Source: an uncultured Clostridia bacterium (GTDB lineage Bacteria > Bacillota > Clostridia > Oscillospirales > CAG-272). From it: a DNA stretch of 64,000 nt. The position numbers and the translations under genes were made by a program. The first letter of the stretch is position 1. Each line of letters opens with the position of its first letter. Below are positions 9,208 through 17,999 of the stretch, piece by piece. Below the pieces are notes generated by a model. The model ran no database searches and was not told the origin of the DNA. It saw nothing but the letters and a program-made list of their open reading frames with translations. The DNA is taken from contig CAMEON010000004.1 of the NCBI GenBank assembly GCA_945929845.1, positions 708-64,707 of the forward strand, given 5' to 3'.

Positions 9208-10257
9208 GTGAAAAAAACACCAAATTTTAGTATTGTCTTTAGTCTTACTGTCCTTCTTTTTACCGTTATGTTCACTTCCTGCGCTTCCCAATCGCCGACC
9301 ACGCCGCCGCAAGGCATAGAAGGAGCCGACGAAACAACGGCGGAAGACGCAATTCCCACTCAGGCGGAGGAGGAGAAAACCGAACCTGCCCATACGGAAG
9401 CGGAGCTGAAGGCTTCGGACGGCTGTTTTGCTACTGAGCAGTATGAGGTCACCATGGTGGATGGGGTACATTACCTGAACTATTTCAATGGAAACGAGGC
9501 CACGGAAGAGCAGAAAATAGCCTGTCAGACAGCCGGAGTCTTCTTCCCCTCCATAACGGATATGTACAATGCCATCAGACAGGGCGGGGAAGCGTTGCAG
9601 GAGGCTTCCGTGAAAGCCACCTTCCTGCATGATGCGAACGGGATCCCAGTCTGCAACCCGGATCAGTTGTACCGCCCGGTCAAGCCGATCGGAATTGGTT
9701 CGGTCAAAGAAATATGCTGGATGGGAACATACTATTCCTTTTCTTATGCAGGTGTTGAGGATCTGTGTGGGAGCGTGGATGTCATCTGTTACGATATGAG
9801 CTACTACCTGGCCACCGGGCTGGAGGGTAGAGATCCCCGAGCCTATTACCGGAATTCTTATGAAAAGATTTTTGAAAGATATCCTGGTGATAATGAGAAT
9901 GGGGCGTACAGCAGTACGGTAGTGTCCCGAGAGACCGGCACCTACGGGGGTCAGCCCTGTGAGTCTGTGACCACTACCTCTTCCCTCACCACCAACCGCT
10001 CCACCCGCCTGACTGTTCAGGACGGAGACAGGAATGTGACCATTATCATGCGGTACCTGATCGCCTGCGACCCCGCATGGCAACAGGAGAATGATCTTGA
10101 GGTATCAGACACCGTTCCCTGGGCTGTATTCATGTACTGGGATAACGGTACGGACAGCTATCAGGTGAATATATATAATATGGTGGAGTCCCCCACGCTG
10201 GAGTGGTTGCTATCCTTTGATGTGGCGGCCTACACACCCGGTGAGGTTGACGCCTAA
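9208..10257 (+). CDS. lipoprotein, function unknown
   Basis: GTG start 7 nt after AAGGAGGG. The signal peptide MKKTPNFSIVFSLTVLLFTVMFTSC ends in a lipobox Cys and is followed by a Pro/Thr/Glu-rich linker. No family recognised. Confidence 0.75.
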   Translation: MKKTPNFSIVFSLTVLLFTVMFTSCASQSPTTPPQGIEGADETTAEDAIPTQAEEEKTEPAHTEAELKASDGCFATEQYEVTMVDGVHYLNYFNGNEATEEQKIACQTAGVFFPSITDMYNAIRQGGEALQEASVKATFLHDANGIPVCNPDQLYRPVKPIGIGSVKEICWMGTYYSFSYAGVEDLCGSVDVICYDMSYYLATGLEGRDPRAYYRNSYEKIFERYPGDNENGAYSSTVVSRETGTYGGQPCESVTTTSSLTTNRSTRLTVQDGDRNVTIIMRYLIACDPAWQQENDLEVSDTVPWAVFMYWDNGTDSYQVNIYNMVESPTLEWLLSFDVAAYTPGEVDA

Positions 10258-10300
10258 AAAACAGATCCCCCGCCCGTACCGTTTCGGTACCCGGCGGGGG
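10183..10300 (+). repeat. direct repeat DR-a (last 24 codons of the lipoprotein gene plus hairpin copy 2)
   Basis: It aligns by hand with 11831-11949 at roughly nine in ten positions. The hairpin CCCCCGCCCGTACCGTTTCGGTACCCGGCGGGGG at 10267-10300 has no T-tract here. Confidence 0.85.
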
Positions 10301-10385
10301 GTTCAACATAGGTGTCTGATGTTATTTGACCCAATCTTGTATATCATGTATAAATTAGGCATGAAGAATTTGTAAAAAGTGCGAA

Positions 10386-10414
10386 TTGCATATAGTTGTA
10401 TATTTGTGTATACT
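10386..10414 (+). promoter_or_regulatory. promoter of cassette 2 (TTGCAT-17 nt-TATACT)
   Basis: Same architecture and flanking sequence as 8966-8994 (AATTGTAAAAA..G.GAATTGCATA.AGT). Confidence 0.5.
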
Positions 10415-10545
10415 ATATGTTGTAATTGTTGGTAGTTCTATGTTGGTAAATATTGACAAAAGGAAGTGATACTAATGGCCTAATGTTTTATGATTTTGAA
10501 GAAAGAATATATCATTTGAACGGTATAAAGAAATTGGAGGTTATT

Positions 10546-11820
10546 ATGAAAAAGGCTTTGACAGTCATTCTATCTATAATGCTACTCATTGAAATGGTAA
10601 ATTCCTTACAGGTCGGAACATCAGCAGAAGAGAATACCAGAACAGATGGTGATGACCTATGCGATGATAATTCTTTTTATTTTGAAACTGTTGATCGCTC
10701 TAAATATCAGTTGTCCCAAGCACAACTTGATGCACCGACAGATGAGTTGATCGATGCTATTATGGATTATCCTTATTTGGTTGATCTCTTCACAAGTAGT
10801 GATTCTTCCGTTTCGGCCTATAACAGTCTTCGTGAATCATTCAATGGCTTAGCGGAATTGGAAGAGCGTGCAGATGCTGCATCTGTTTTGTTGACTAAGT
10901 TTATTGATGCTGAAACAACCACTGTCTATGACAATCTTTTAAACTCCGTATATTTAGAGGCGTTACTGTCTCTTCCTGTTTATTTTGAAAACCTAAGCGC
11001 AATCGAAATAGCCACATATTCTCAGATATCTGAAACCAGTGCGCTCATTCCGAAGGCTGAAGCAACACAGTCTGTTACTGATACACCCAATCTTTCCGGT
11101 ACATATTCAAGTTCATCAGTAGCATTTACCGTGAATGGGTTTTCGTATACTCGTTCCAACACCAATGGATCCACCACATGTGGTAATATTGTACCATTAT
11201 ATACAGCTTTGAGCGATTATAGTAGTACGGAGAAAAAATCTATAGCTGAGGGCACTGCTTCAAAGTATGGCATTGAACTCCTAGGTTATGCTACTTCTAT
11301 GTACAACTGCCACAGTTATGCTTGGTACTACTCATCAACCTCGAATTTATCATGGGTTAGTGATATATCTCCCTATACAAGTGACAGCCATTGTACAGTT
11401 TTAAGTGCGCCAAGTGTTGGCTCGATTGCTGTGTATCTAAACAGTAGCAACCAATGTGTACATTCTGCAATTGTCACGAGTGTCGATGGCAACAATGTCA
11501 TGTGCAAGTCTAAATGGGGTTCAAATGGTCTTTTTGAACATCATATTTCGAATGTTCCTTCCGGTTATCAGTACAGTAGCACTTATGTAAAATGTGTATT
11601 TTTCAGCTATTCAAGATATCACACCTGTTCTGTTACCATTGATAATTTATCAACTCATACACGAGTGTGTAGTGTTTGTGGATGGACTTCTACTGAAGCT
11701 CATGTTGAGAATGTTAGGACAGGAAAATGCATGACTTGTGGTTTAGCTGGCCCGTTTACTGCTTGCCTTGAATCCACCCCCCAATTGCCGGAGGACGAAT
11801 GCTCACAGATTAACGAATAA
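10546..11820 (+). CDS. AT-rich secreted protein with a putative papain-like Cys/His core and a C-terminal CxxC-rich module; likely horizontally acquired
   Basis: Start is residue 32 of ORF 10453..11820, after GGAGG. The signal peptide is MKKALTVILSIMLLIEMVNSLQVGTSA. Candidate catalytic motifs are YNCHSYAWYY, then GSIAVYLNSSNQCVHSAIV, then KSKWGSNGLFEHH. The tail has CSVCG...CMTCG. No family recognised with certainty. Confidence 0.7.
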   Translation: MKKALTVILSIMLLIEMVNSLQVGTSAEENTRTDGDDLCDDNSFYFETVDRSKYQLSQAQLDAPTDELIDAIMDYPYLVDLFTSSDSSVSAYNSLRESFNGLAELEERADAASVLLTKFIDAETTTVYDNLLNSVYLEALLSLPVYFENLSAIEIATYSQISETSALIPKAEATQSVTDTPNLSGTYSSSSVAFTVNGFSYTRSNTNGSTTCGNIVPLYTALSDYSSTEKKSIAEGTASKYGIELLGYATSMYNCHSYAWYYSSTSNLSWVSDISPYTSDSHCTVLSAPSVGSIAVYLNSSNQCVHSAIVTSVDGNNVMCKSKWGSNGLFEHHISNVPSGYQYSSTYVKCVFFSYSRYHTCSVTIDNLSTHTRVCSVCGWTSTEAHVENVRTGKCMTCGLAGPFTACLESTPQLPEDECSQINE

Positions 11821-11830
11821 GTATGATTTA

Positions 11831-11949
11831 GTGGAGTACCCCACGCTGGAGTGGTTGCTGTCCTTTGATGTGGCGGCCTATACACCCGGTGAGGTTTCCG
11901 CTTAAAGAATCAAGTCCCCCGCCCGTACCATTCCGGTACCCGGCGGGGG
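11831..11949 (+). repeat. direct repeat DR-b: promoterless 24-codon remnant of a lipoprotein paralog plus hairpin copy 3
   Basis: It translates VEYPTLEWLLSFDVAAYTPGEVSA*, against VESPTLEWLLSFDVAAYTPGEVDA* at the end of 9208..10257. It has no start codon and begins 11 nt after the AT-rich gene's stop. Confidence 0.85.
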
Positions 11950-11966
11950 TGTTTTTATTTCTTTTT
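11916..11966 (+). terminator. rho-independent terminator between convergent genes (hairpin copy 3)
   Basis: CCCCCGCCCGTACCATTCCGGTACCCGGCGGGGG is followed by TGTTTTTATTTCTTTTT. The T-tract overlaps the last plsY codons on the other strand. Confidence 0.7.
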
Positions 11967-12602
11967 GTCCTTCAAGGAAAATTTGGATTCTGTACCCTTG
12001 ATGAGGCGTCCGATGTTCTTCCAGTGGCGCAGGATCATGAAGAGTACGCAAAGGGAGAACAGGAGGGGGGGAAGAAAGTTCTTCGTGGGCAGGAGCCACA
12101 GCACCACGGCACCGCAGGCCATGCCGCACATGGTGGCCAGGGACATGTACTTGACCGTGAACAGCAGAAGCAACATGACGGCGGTACCGCACAGCCCCAC
12201 CCGCCAGTCCAGGAACCAGGAGGCGGTCAGACAGACCATGAAGCCCTTGCCTCCCTTGAAGCGGTACCACACCGGGAAGGCGTTGCCCAGCATGGCGAAG
12301 CAGGCGGACAGAGACACGCCCAGTAGCCTGTCCCCGGCGAAGTGCAAGAACAGGAAGCCAAAGAGAGTGAACAGTACGGCACTCTTGGCAATATCCAGGA
12401 AGAAGACCCACCAGGCATACTTGGAACCGAAGCTACGCTTGAAATTGGTAAAGCCGGGGTTCCCACTGCCGCAGGTGCGGATGTCGGTGTGATAAATGGC
12501 TTTGGAAAGGATGATGGAAGGGTTCAACCCGGCCAGCAGGTAGCTGACCAGTGCTGTACCCGCACAGAGTGCGACCATCACTCCGGTGGAGGGTGGATTC
12601 AT
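11955..12602 (-). CDS. plsY: acyl-phosphate:glycerol-3-phosphate acyltransferase PlsY
   Basis: 215 aa, multi-pass, with the GSGNPGFTN and FKGGKG motifs. Confidence 0.85.
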   Translation of the reverse strand: MNPPSTGVMVALCAGTALVSYLLAGLNPSIILSKAIYHTDIRTCGSGNPGFTNFKRSFGSKYAWWVFFLDIAKSAVLFTLFGFLFLHFAGDRLLGVSLSACFAMLGNAFPVWYRFKGGKGFMVCLTASWFLDWRVGLCGTAVMLLLLFTVKYMSLATMCGMACGAVVLWLLPTKNFLPPLLFSLCVLFMILRHWKNIGRLIKGTESKFSLKDKKK

Positions 12603-12642
12603 AGGGCTCCTTTCTCACGGAGGGGGCTGTTGTCTGAGGCCC

Positions 12643-14376
12643 TCACTCCAGGATCAACATATAGTCATAGATCTTCTGACCGCCATCGATCATGTAGACC
12701 TCGGTCAGCGGGTGACGCTCCACAATGTAGTCACGGAGGGCACGGGCTTCCTCCTCGGGGGCTTCCACCCCGCAGATCAGGATGCAAACCTCCCGATCCT
12801 GAAAATCCAGCGCATCCACAAGACCCCGGGCGGCCTCGGAGCGGGTGTGGCCGGAGGACAGGATCTTCTTGCCGACAAAGCCAATGCTGTCCCCGGGGTG
12901 TATCTGGATGCCGTCCATGTCTGCATCCCGGACGCAGGCGGACACGGAGGCGGTGATGACGGAGGACATCACCTGGGTCAGATCCTCCACGATCTGATCG
13001 GTGTCCCCGGAGGTGGTGTCCAGCATGGAGAGGGCGGCGTACCCCTCGCCCACAGTATGGCTGTCCAGCACCCGGACATCGGCGTCTGTGTACAGGCTGG
13101 CAGCCTGCCGGGCGGCCAGGATCACATTGCTGTTGTTGGGCAGAACCAACACGGTGTCGGCGTTGACAGCCCGAAAGGCCTCCAGAAATGCCTCGGTGGA
13201 GGGGTTCATGCTCTGTCCGCCGTCCACGATGCGGTCGGCACCCATGCTCCGGAAGGTCTCCTTGATCCCCTCGCCGGAGGCGACTGCCACCACACCGAAG
13301 GGCTTGCGGGGGGAGACCTCCGGCTCACGATTCCCGGTCACGGTCTCCGCCACCACATTGTTGTGCTGGAGGGACATATTTTCAATTTTGACGGTCAGGA
13401 ATTCCCCGAACTGCTGGCAGAAGGCCAGCACCTTGTCTGGGGTCATGGTATGCACATGGAGCTTGACCACGCTGTCGGTCTTGAAGGCCACCACCGAATT
13501 GCCGATCTCCGACAGAAAGGCGGTGATGACACCGACATCAAAGGCCTCCGGGTCGCACTTGGCCCGCTGGAGGCGGAGAAGCAGCTCGGTGCAGTAGCCG
13601 AATTCCAGCACGCTGTCCACGCCGAAGGCGTCCAGATCCAGCTTCCCGTGAGGCTCTGTGGGGTTGCCGACACCGTAGGACTCCAGATCGGACACCTGAC
13701 CGCCCCGCAGGACAGCGGCCATGCCTTCAATAATATGGATGAGTCCGGCTCCGCCGGAATCCACCACGCCGGCCTCTTTCAGCACCGGCAGAAGATCCGG
13801 GGTGCGGGCCAGGGAGCGATGGGCCTCCGCCAGGAACAGCTCCAGAAATGCCAGCGGCGTGTCGGCTTTTCCGTCCAGGGCGGCCTGGGTAGCCTCCCGG
13901 ATGACGGTCAGCACGGTACCCTCGGCAGGGGTGACAACGGCGGCGTAGGCGTGGCGTACACCCTCGGCAAAGGCCTCGCCCAGGGCGGCGGCGTCTGCCT
14001 GCTCCCGACCTTCCAGCCCCTTGGCAATGCCGTCGAAGAACTGGGACAGGATGACCCCGGAATTGCCCCGGGCACCCAGCAACATCCCGCCGGCCACCCG
14101 GTGGGCCATCTCGCAGAGGGAGTGACACTCATCCCCGGTAGCACCGGCACCGCTCTCCACAGTCAGTAGCATATTGTCTCCGGTGTCTCCGTCCGGGATG
14201 GGGAATACATTCAGGTCGTTGACCTGTTGCCGGTGGCTTTGCAGGACGGCAGCCCCCGCCTGCACCATGCGGGCGAACAGGATGCCGTCTATACAGACAA
14301 CGACGGAATCCCGGTCGGTAGCCCCGCCCCCGGACATGGGCTCAGACAAAGAAACAGGTGTACTCATCGGACTCAC
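12643..14376 (-). CDS. yloV: DAK2-domain fusion protein YloV (FakA-type fatty-acid kinase subunit)
   Basis: IDGILFARMVQAGAAVLQSHRQQVNDLNVFPIPDGDTGDNM is the YloV/FakA N-terminal signature. The protein is 577 aa. Its ATG overlaps the degV stop by 4 nt. Confidence 0.8.
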   Translation of the reverse strand: MSPMSTPVSLSEPMSGGGATDRDSVVVCIDGILFARMVQAGAAVLQSHRQQVNDLNVFPIPDGDTGDNMLLTVESGAGATGDECHSLCEMAHRVAGGMLLGARGNSGVILSQFFDGIAKGLEGREQADAAALGEAFAEGVRHAYAAVVTPAEGTVLTVIREATQAALDGKADTPLAFLELFLAEAHRSLARTPDLLPVLKEAGVVDSGGAGLIHIIEGMAAVLRGGQVSDLESYGVGNPTEPHGKLDLDAFGVDSVLEFGYCTELLLRLQRAKCDPEAFDVGVITAFLSEIGNSVVAFKTDSVVKLHVHTMTPDKVLAFCQQFGEFLTVKIENMSLQHNNVVAETVTGNREPEVSPRKPFGVVAVASGEGIKETFRSMGADRIVDGGQSMNPSTEAFLEAFRAVNADTVLVLPNNSNVILAARQAASLYTDADVRVLDSHTVGEGYAALSMLDTTSGDTDQIVEDLTQVMSSVITASVSACVRDADMDGIQIHPGDSIGFVGKKILSSGHTRSEAARGLVDALDFQDREVCILICGVEAPEEEARALRDYIVERHPLTEVYMIDGGQKIYDYMLILE

Positions 14377-15260
14377 CCGCGGAAGGTGACTTCCTTACCC
14401 ATTGCCCAGATACCCACCGCATCCGGGCCGATGGATGCACCGATGATGGGACCTATGTAGGTGACGACCACATCCTTGCAGGGGATCTCCTGCTTGACCA
14501 GCGAGACCAGAACATCCACCTCGGCCTGGGAGCAGTCGGCATGGGCCACATAGACGGTCTGCTCCTCCGGGTTGAGGATCGCTTCCTTCAGGAGGGCCAC
14601 GATCTCCCGGAAGGAGGCCTGCCGTCCCTTGGCTTTCTTGATGGGAACCTGGGTGCCGTCAGCATCGGCGATCAGGATGGGCTTGATACCCATCAGGTTG
14701 CCGAAGAAGGCGGCAGAAGCCTTGACCCGGCCGCACCGGCGCAGGGCATCCAGGGAGTGAACGGTGACGAACTCATTGACATTCTTGCGGATGGCCAGGA
14801 TCCGGTCATTGACTTCCTGAGCGGACAGCCCCTCCTTGACCAACATAGCGGCCTGGATGGCCAGAAGTCCCTCACCCAGGCTGGCGTTCATGGAGTCAAC
14901 GCAGAAAATGGAGGCATCGGGGTACTTCTTCAAAAGATCCCGGGATACCACCTGGGCGGTGTTGACCGACCCGGACTGTTTGACGGCGCAGGCAATGTAC
15001 ACGATGTCGTACCCTTCCTCCAGGTACTTGGTGAAGACCGTGATGAATTCCTCCACAGGAACCTGGGTGGTGAGAATGCGGTTTCCGGCCCGCATGATCT
15101 CGTAGAATTCATGGAATTCTTCCGGCGTCCGGGTCAAAAGGGCGGGGGTGGATTCCCCGTTGTACACGGTACACATTCTGGCGTAATCAATATCGTACTT
15201 CGCCATCAGCTCTCCGTTGAGGTCGGAGCAGGAATCTGTGATGATCTTGACTTTTCTCAT
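14373..15260 (-). CDS. DegV family fatty-acid-binding protein (FakB-type)
   Basis: MRKVKIITDSCSDLNGELMAKYDIDY... is a typical DegV N-terminus, and AAGGAGG precedes the start. Confidence 0.85.
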   Translation of the reverse strand: MRKVKIITDSCSDLNGELMAKYDIDYARMCTVYNGESTPALLTRTPEEFHEFYEIMRAGNRILTTQVPVEEFITVFTKYLEEGYDIVYIACAVKQSGSVNTAQVVSRDLLKKYPDASIFCVDSMNASLGEGLLAIQAAMLVKEGLSAQEVNDRILAIRKNVNEFVTVHSLDALRRCGRVKASAAFFGNLMGIKPILIADADGTQVPIKKAKGRQASFREIVALLKEAILNPEEQTVYVAHADCSQAEVDVLVSLVKQEIPCKDVVVTYIGPIIGASIGPDAVGIWAMGKEVTFRG

Positions 15261-15372
15261 GAGCAGCCTCCTTATGCGTTGCCAATCTGTGCTTGGCAGA
15301 CGGATTCATTTTCAACGACAGTATACAACCCGAATCTAAACTGAAACGAAACCGTATGGGAGAAATCTGCGC

Positions 15373-15400
15373 AAAAAAGCCGGTACTGGCGTGTACCGGC
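15373..15400 (-). terminator. rho-independent terminator after the HprK-like gene
   Basis: The reverse strand reads GCCGGTACACGCCAGTACCGGC followed by TTTTTT. It lies 24 nt after the stop at 15424. Confidence 0.75.
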
Positions 15401-15423
15401 TTGTAAGCGGGAAAAGGGGCAGC

Positions 15424-16155
15424 TCAATGCTGTCCGGACATGGTCTCATAGGACAACCGGGCCGCCTCCTCGGATATATTGCAGGCGAGGGCATATACCG
15501 GCACCGCACCGGCGAGGCGTACCAGACTGTCCATTACGGCCGATGCTCCCTCGGCTGTCTCTGTGCGGTAGGCTTCGGCAATCAGGTGGGGGATCGCCTC
15601 CGGGAAGGACAGGCGGCGGATGCTGTTCTTCTCCCCACGGTCAAGGAGGCAGATCCCGGCCAGGGGGGCGGAGGCCGCCACATGCCAGCGTTCCTTGCCG
15701 CTCCAGGGGGTGCCATAGGCCGTGGTTCGCCCATCCTCCTCCACCCGCAAAAGGGGCTTGTCGCCGTTGAGGATCCTGGCCCGCTGGCGACCCAGGAGCT
15801 GTAACCACAGGGTGGCGTGGGTGGATTTTCCGGTACCGGACGGGGCAACAAAGGCATAGGCCCGGCCATCCGCCTCCACGGTGCAGGCGTGGAGCATGAG
15901 GATGCCCCGGGTCGCCACGGCTTGGCAGAACAGGCGGAAAACGGCGGTGCTCTCCAGCATGAAATCCGGAAAACATTCCTCTGCCCGACTGCGCTCCAGG
16001 GCGATGTTCTCCGGGGTGACGGTCAGAGTCAGCTCCGGAGGCTGGTCGGTCAGGTAGTCACGGCAGAAGCGGGGGAAGTAATCGTAGGTGTGGCGAACCA
16101 GGACAGGCACATCCGCAAAGCAACAGCGGGTCTCATAAGGGTAGGTCTCTTGCAT
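15424..16155 (-). CDS. HPr-kinase-C-terminal-like P-loop protein (HprK-related kinase family, function unknown)
   Basis: FVAPSGTGKSTHATLW is a Walker-A motif in the context I associate with HprK-like domains. The protein is 243 aa and lacks the N-terminal HprK domain. Confidence 0.55.
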   Translation of the reverse strand: MQETYPYETRCCFADVPVLVRHTYDYFPRFCRDYLTDQPPELTLTVTPENIALERSRAEECFPDFMLESTAVFRLFCQAVATRGILMLHACTVEADGRAYAFVAPSGTGKSTHATLWLQLLGRQRARILNGDKPLLRVEEDGRTTAYGTPWSGKERWHVAASAPLAGICLLDRGEKNSIRRLSFPEAIPHLIAEAYRTETAEGASAVMDSLVRLAGAVPVYALACNISEEAARLSYETMSGQH

Positions 16156-16171
16156 GCTGTGAGGCTCCTTT

Positions 16172-17311
16172 TCATAATGGTTGACGGTGAGGCAGAATCA
16201 CTGTGAAGGTGGTCACACCATTCTTACAGTCCACGGATACCTGCCCGCAGTGCAGTTCCACCACCCGGCGGACAATGGCCAAGCCGATGCCGTTGCCCTG
16301 ACTGGAGTGGGAGGTATCACCCTGGTAGAATTTCTGGAAGACCTTTTCCCGGGACTCCGGTGGGATCTCCGGGCCGGTGTTGCTGATCTCCACCACCCGG
16401 CGACCGTCACTCATACCGGTGCGGACAGTCACGCAGATCCGGCCTCCTTCCGGGGCGAATTTTATCGCATTGTCCAATAGGTTGATCCACACCTGCTTGA
16501 GCAACTCCTCATTGGCAGTTACCGTGATCTCGTCGAAATCCAAGGTCAGGTCGATATTCCTCTTTTCCATTTTCCCGTTGAGGAGCAGAACGCAGGTACG
16601 GATCTGTTCGGACAGGTTGAAGCAGGACACATCGGTCAGGATGGTCTGGCTCTCCACCTTGTTCAGGTTCAGCACATTGGTAGCCATGTTGGACAGCCGC
16701 AGGGACTCCTCTTCGATGATGTCCAGATACTCTTCCCGTTGTTCCTCCGTCAGATTTCCCCGCTTGAGCAGCTTGGTAAACCCGGCGATGGAGGCGATGG
16801 GGGCTTTGAACTCATGGGAGAAGTTGTTGATAAAATCCGACCGGAGCACCTCCGTCCGCTCCAGCTCGGCAGCCATGGTATTGAAGCTGTCGGTCAGCTC
16901 TTTGACGGTGGGGTGAGAATTGAAGGGCTTCCCGAAGTAGATGCGTGCCTTGAAATCCCCGGAGGCAAGTCGGTTCAAGGCGTTGATAAGCCGGTTGACC
17001 GGCTTCAGCGGGATGCGGCTGATCAGGAAGGTGGCACCGATACCTACCGTCAGACAGGCGGAGGCCACCAGTATGACGATCAGGGTACCGTCTGAGAAGG
17101 CTTCCTCCTGGCTGTTGATCACGCCCGTCCTGATGAGGATGAAGGTAATGGTGGTGACGACCAGAATGGTCGCCAGGATGATGAGCACCACAATGCCGGT
17201 GAAGAGCAGGGTCAAGGCCCACCGGTGGCTTTTCTGCGGTCGCAGGGTGATTCTGGGCAGGGAAAGGGAGGGCATCTTCTTCCCTGTATGTTCCACTTTC
17301 TTTTCTTTCAT
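16172..17311 (-). CDS. sensor histidine kinase (2 TM, HAMP, HisKA, HATPase)
   Basis: H-box FSHEFKAPIASIAGF, N-box LLDNAIKF, and G-box GNGIGLAIVRRVVELH. Confidence 0.9.
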   Translation of the reverse strand: MKEKKVEHTGKKMPSLSLPRITLRPQKSHRWALTLLFTGIVVLIILATILVVTTITFILIRTGVINSQEEAFSDGTLIVILVASACLTVGIGATFLISRIPLKPVNRLINALNRLASGDFKARIYFGKPFNSHPTVKELTDSFNTMAAELERTEVLRSDFINNFSHEFKAPIASIAGFTKLLKRGNLTEEQREEYLDIIEEESLRLSNMATNVLNLNKVESQTILTDVSCFNLSEQIRTCVLLLNGKMEKRNIDLTLDFDEITVTANEELLKQVWINLLDNAIKFAPEGGRICVTVRTGMSDGRRVVEISNTGPEIPPESREKVFQKFYQGDTSHSSQGNGIGLAIVRRVVELHCGQVSVDCKNGVTTFTVILPHRQPL

Positions 17312-17982
17312 ACTTTTTTTATGGCCTTATAGCCCAGATTGCGCACCGACACGATTTCAAACTCCTCCCAGCCCTCGAACCGCCGACGCAACCGCCCGAT
17401 GTGGACAGTGACTGTTTCCCAGCCGGTGTCGCTGTCTGAGCCCCATATCTCATCCATCAATTGAATGCGGGTGAAGATGCGGCCCGGGTAGGAGAGCAGC
17501 TTGAAAAGCAAAAGGAACTCCTTTTGGGGAAGCTCCTGCACCTCACCGTGGCCGGTGACGGTCATGGAGTCATAGTCCAGCACCACCTGCCCGATCTCGA
17601 TCCGCCGGTCGCTGGCGATCTTGGCCCGGCGCAACAGGGCCCTGACATGGAGGAGCAGCTCCTCCCCGTCCACCGGCTTGGTCATGTAGTCGTCTGTGCC
17701 GACCATGAAGGCCTGCTTCCGGTCGGCAGGAAGCTGCTTGGCGGAGACCATCAGGATGGGCAGATCGCTTTTGCCTTCCCGCAGGGCACGGGTAAATTCC
17801 ATCCCGTCCATGCCGGGCATCATAATGTCCAGAATGGCCAGATCAATGTGAACCCCATCCATGATGTTCAGGGCTTCCAGTCCGTTTCCGGCTGTGGACA
17901 CGGTGTAATGCTCCCCCTCCAGCAATGCCTGCATGTACCGACGGGCGTTCCTGTCATCGTCAATGACCAGAATATGGAACAT
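17308..17982 (-). CDS. OmpR/PhoB-family response regulator
   Basis: Start is residue 9 of ORF 17308..18006 (MFHILVIDDD), after GGAGGAGG. The C-terminus is a winged helix (TVHIGRLRRRF). Its stop overlaps the kinase start by 4 nt. Confidence 0.9.
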   Translation of the reverse strand: MFHILVIDDDRNARRYMQALLEGEHYTVSTAGNGLEALNIMDGVHIDLAILDIMMPGMDGMEFTRALREGKSDLPILMVSAKQLPADRKQAFMVGTDDYMTKPVDGEELLLHVRALLRRAKIASDRRIEIGQVVLDYDSMTVTGHGEVQELPQKEFLLLFKLLSYPGRIFTRIQLMDEIWGSDSDTGWETVTVHIGRLRRRFEGWEEFEIVSVRNLGYKAIKKV

Positions 17983-17999
17983 AGCCCCTCCTCCTTCGT

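Noticed and set aside
12586-14169. A 527-aa plus-strand ORF. Similar long antisense ORFs occur at 34423-35961, 41089-42537, 58458-60017, 60764-62389, 14358-15344, 53355-54560 and 39600-40460.
   Set aside because: Each lies opposite a gene with strong family signatures (yloV, nnr, the CHAP protein, DUF5685/DnaJ, cotJ, degV, Gfo/Idh/MocA, PTS). None has a motif, RBS or promoter of its own.
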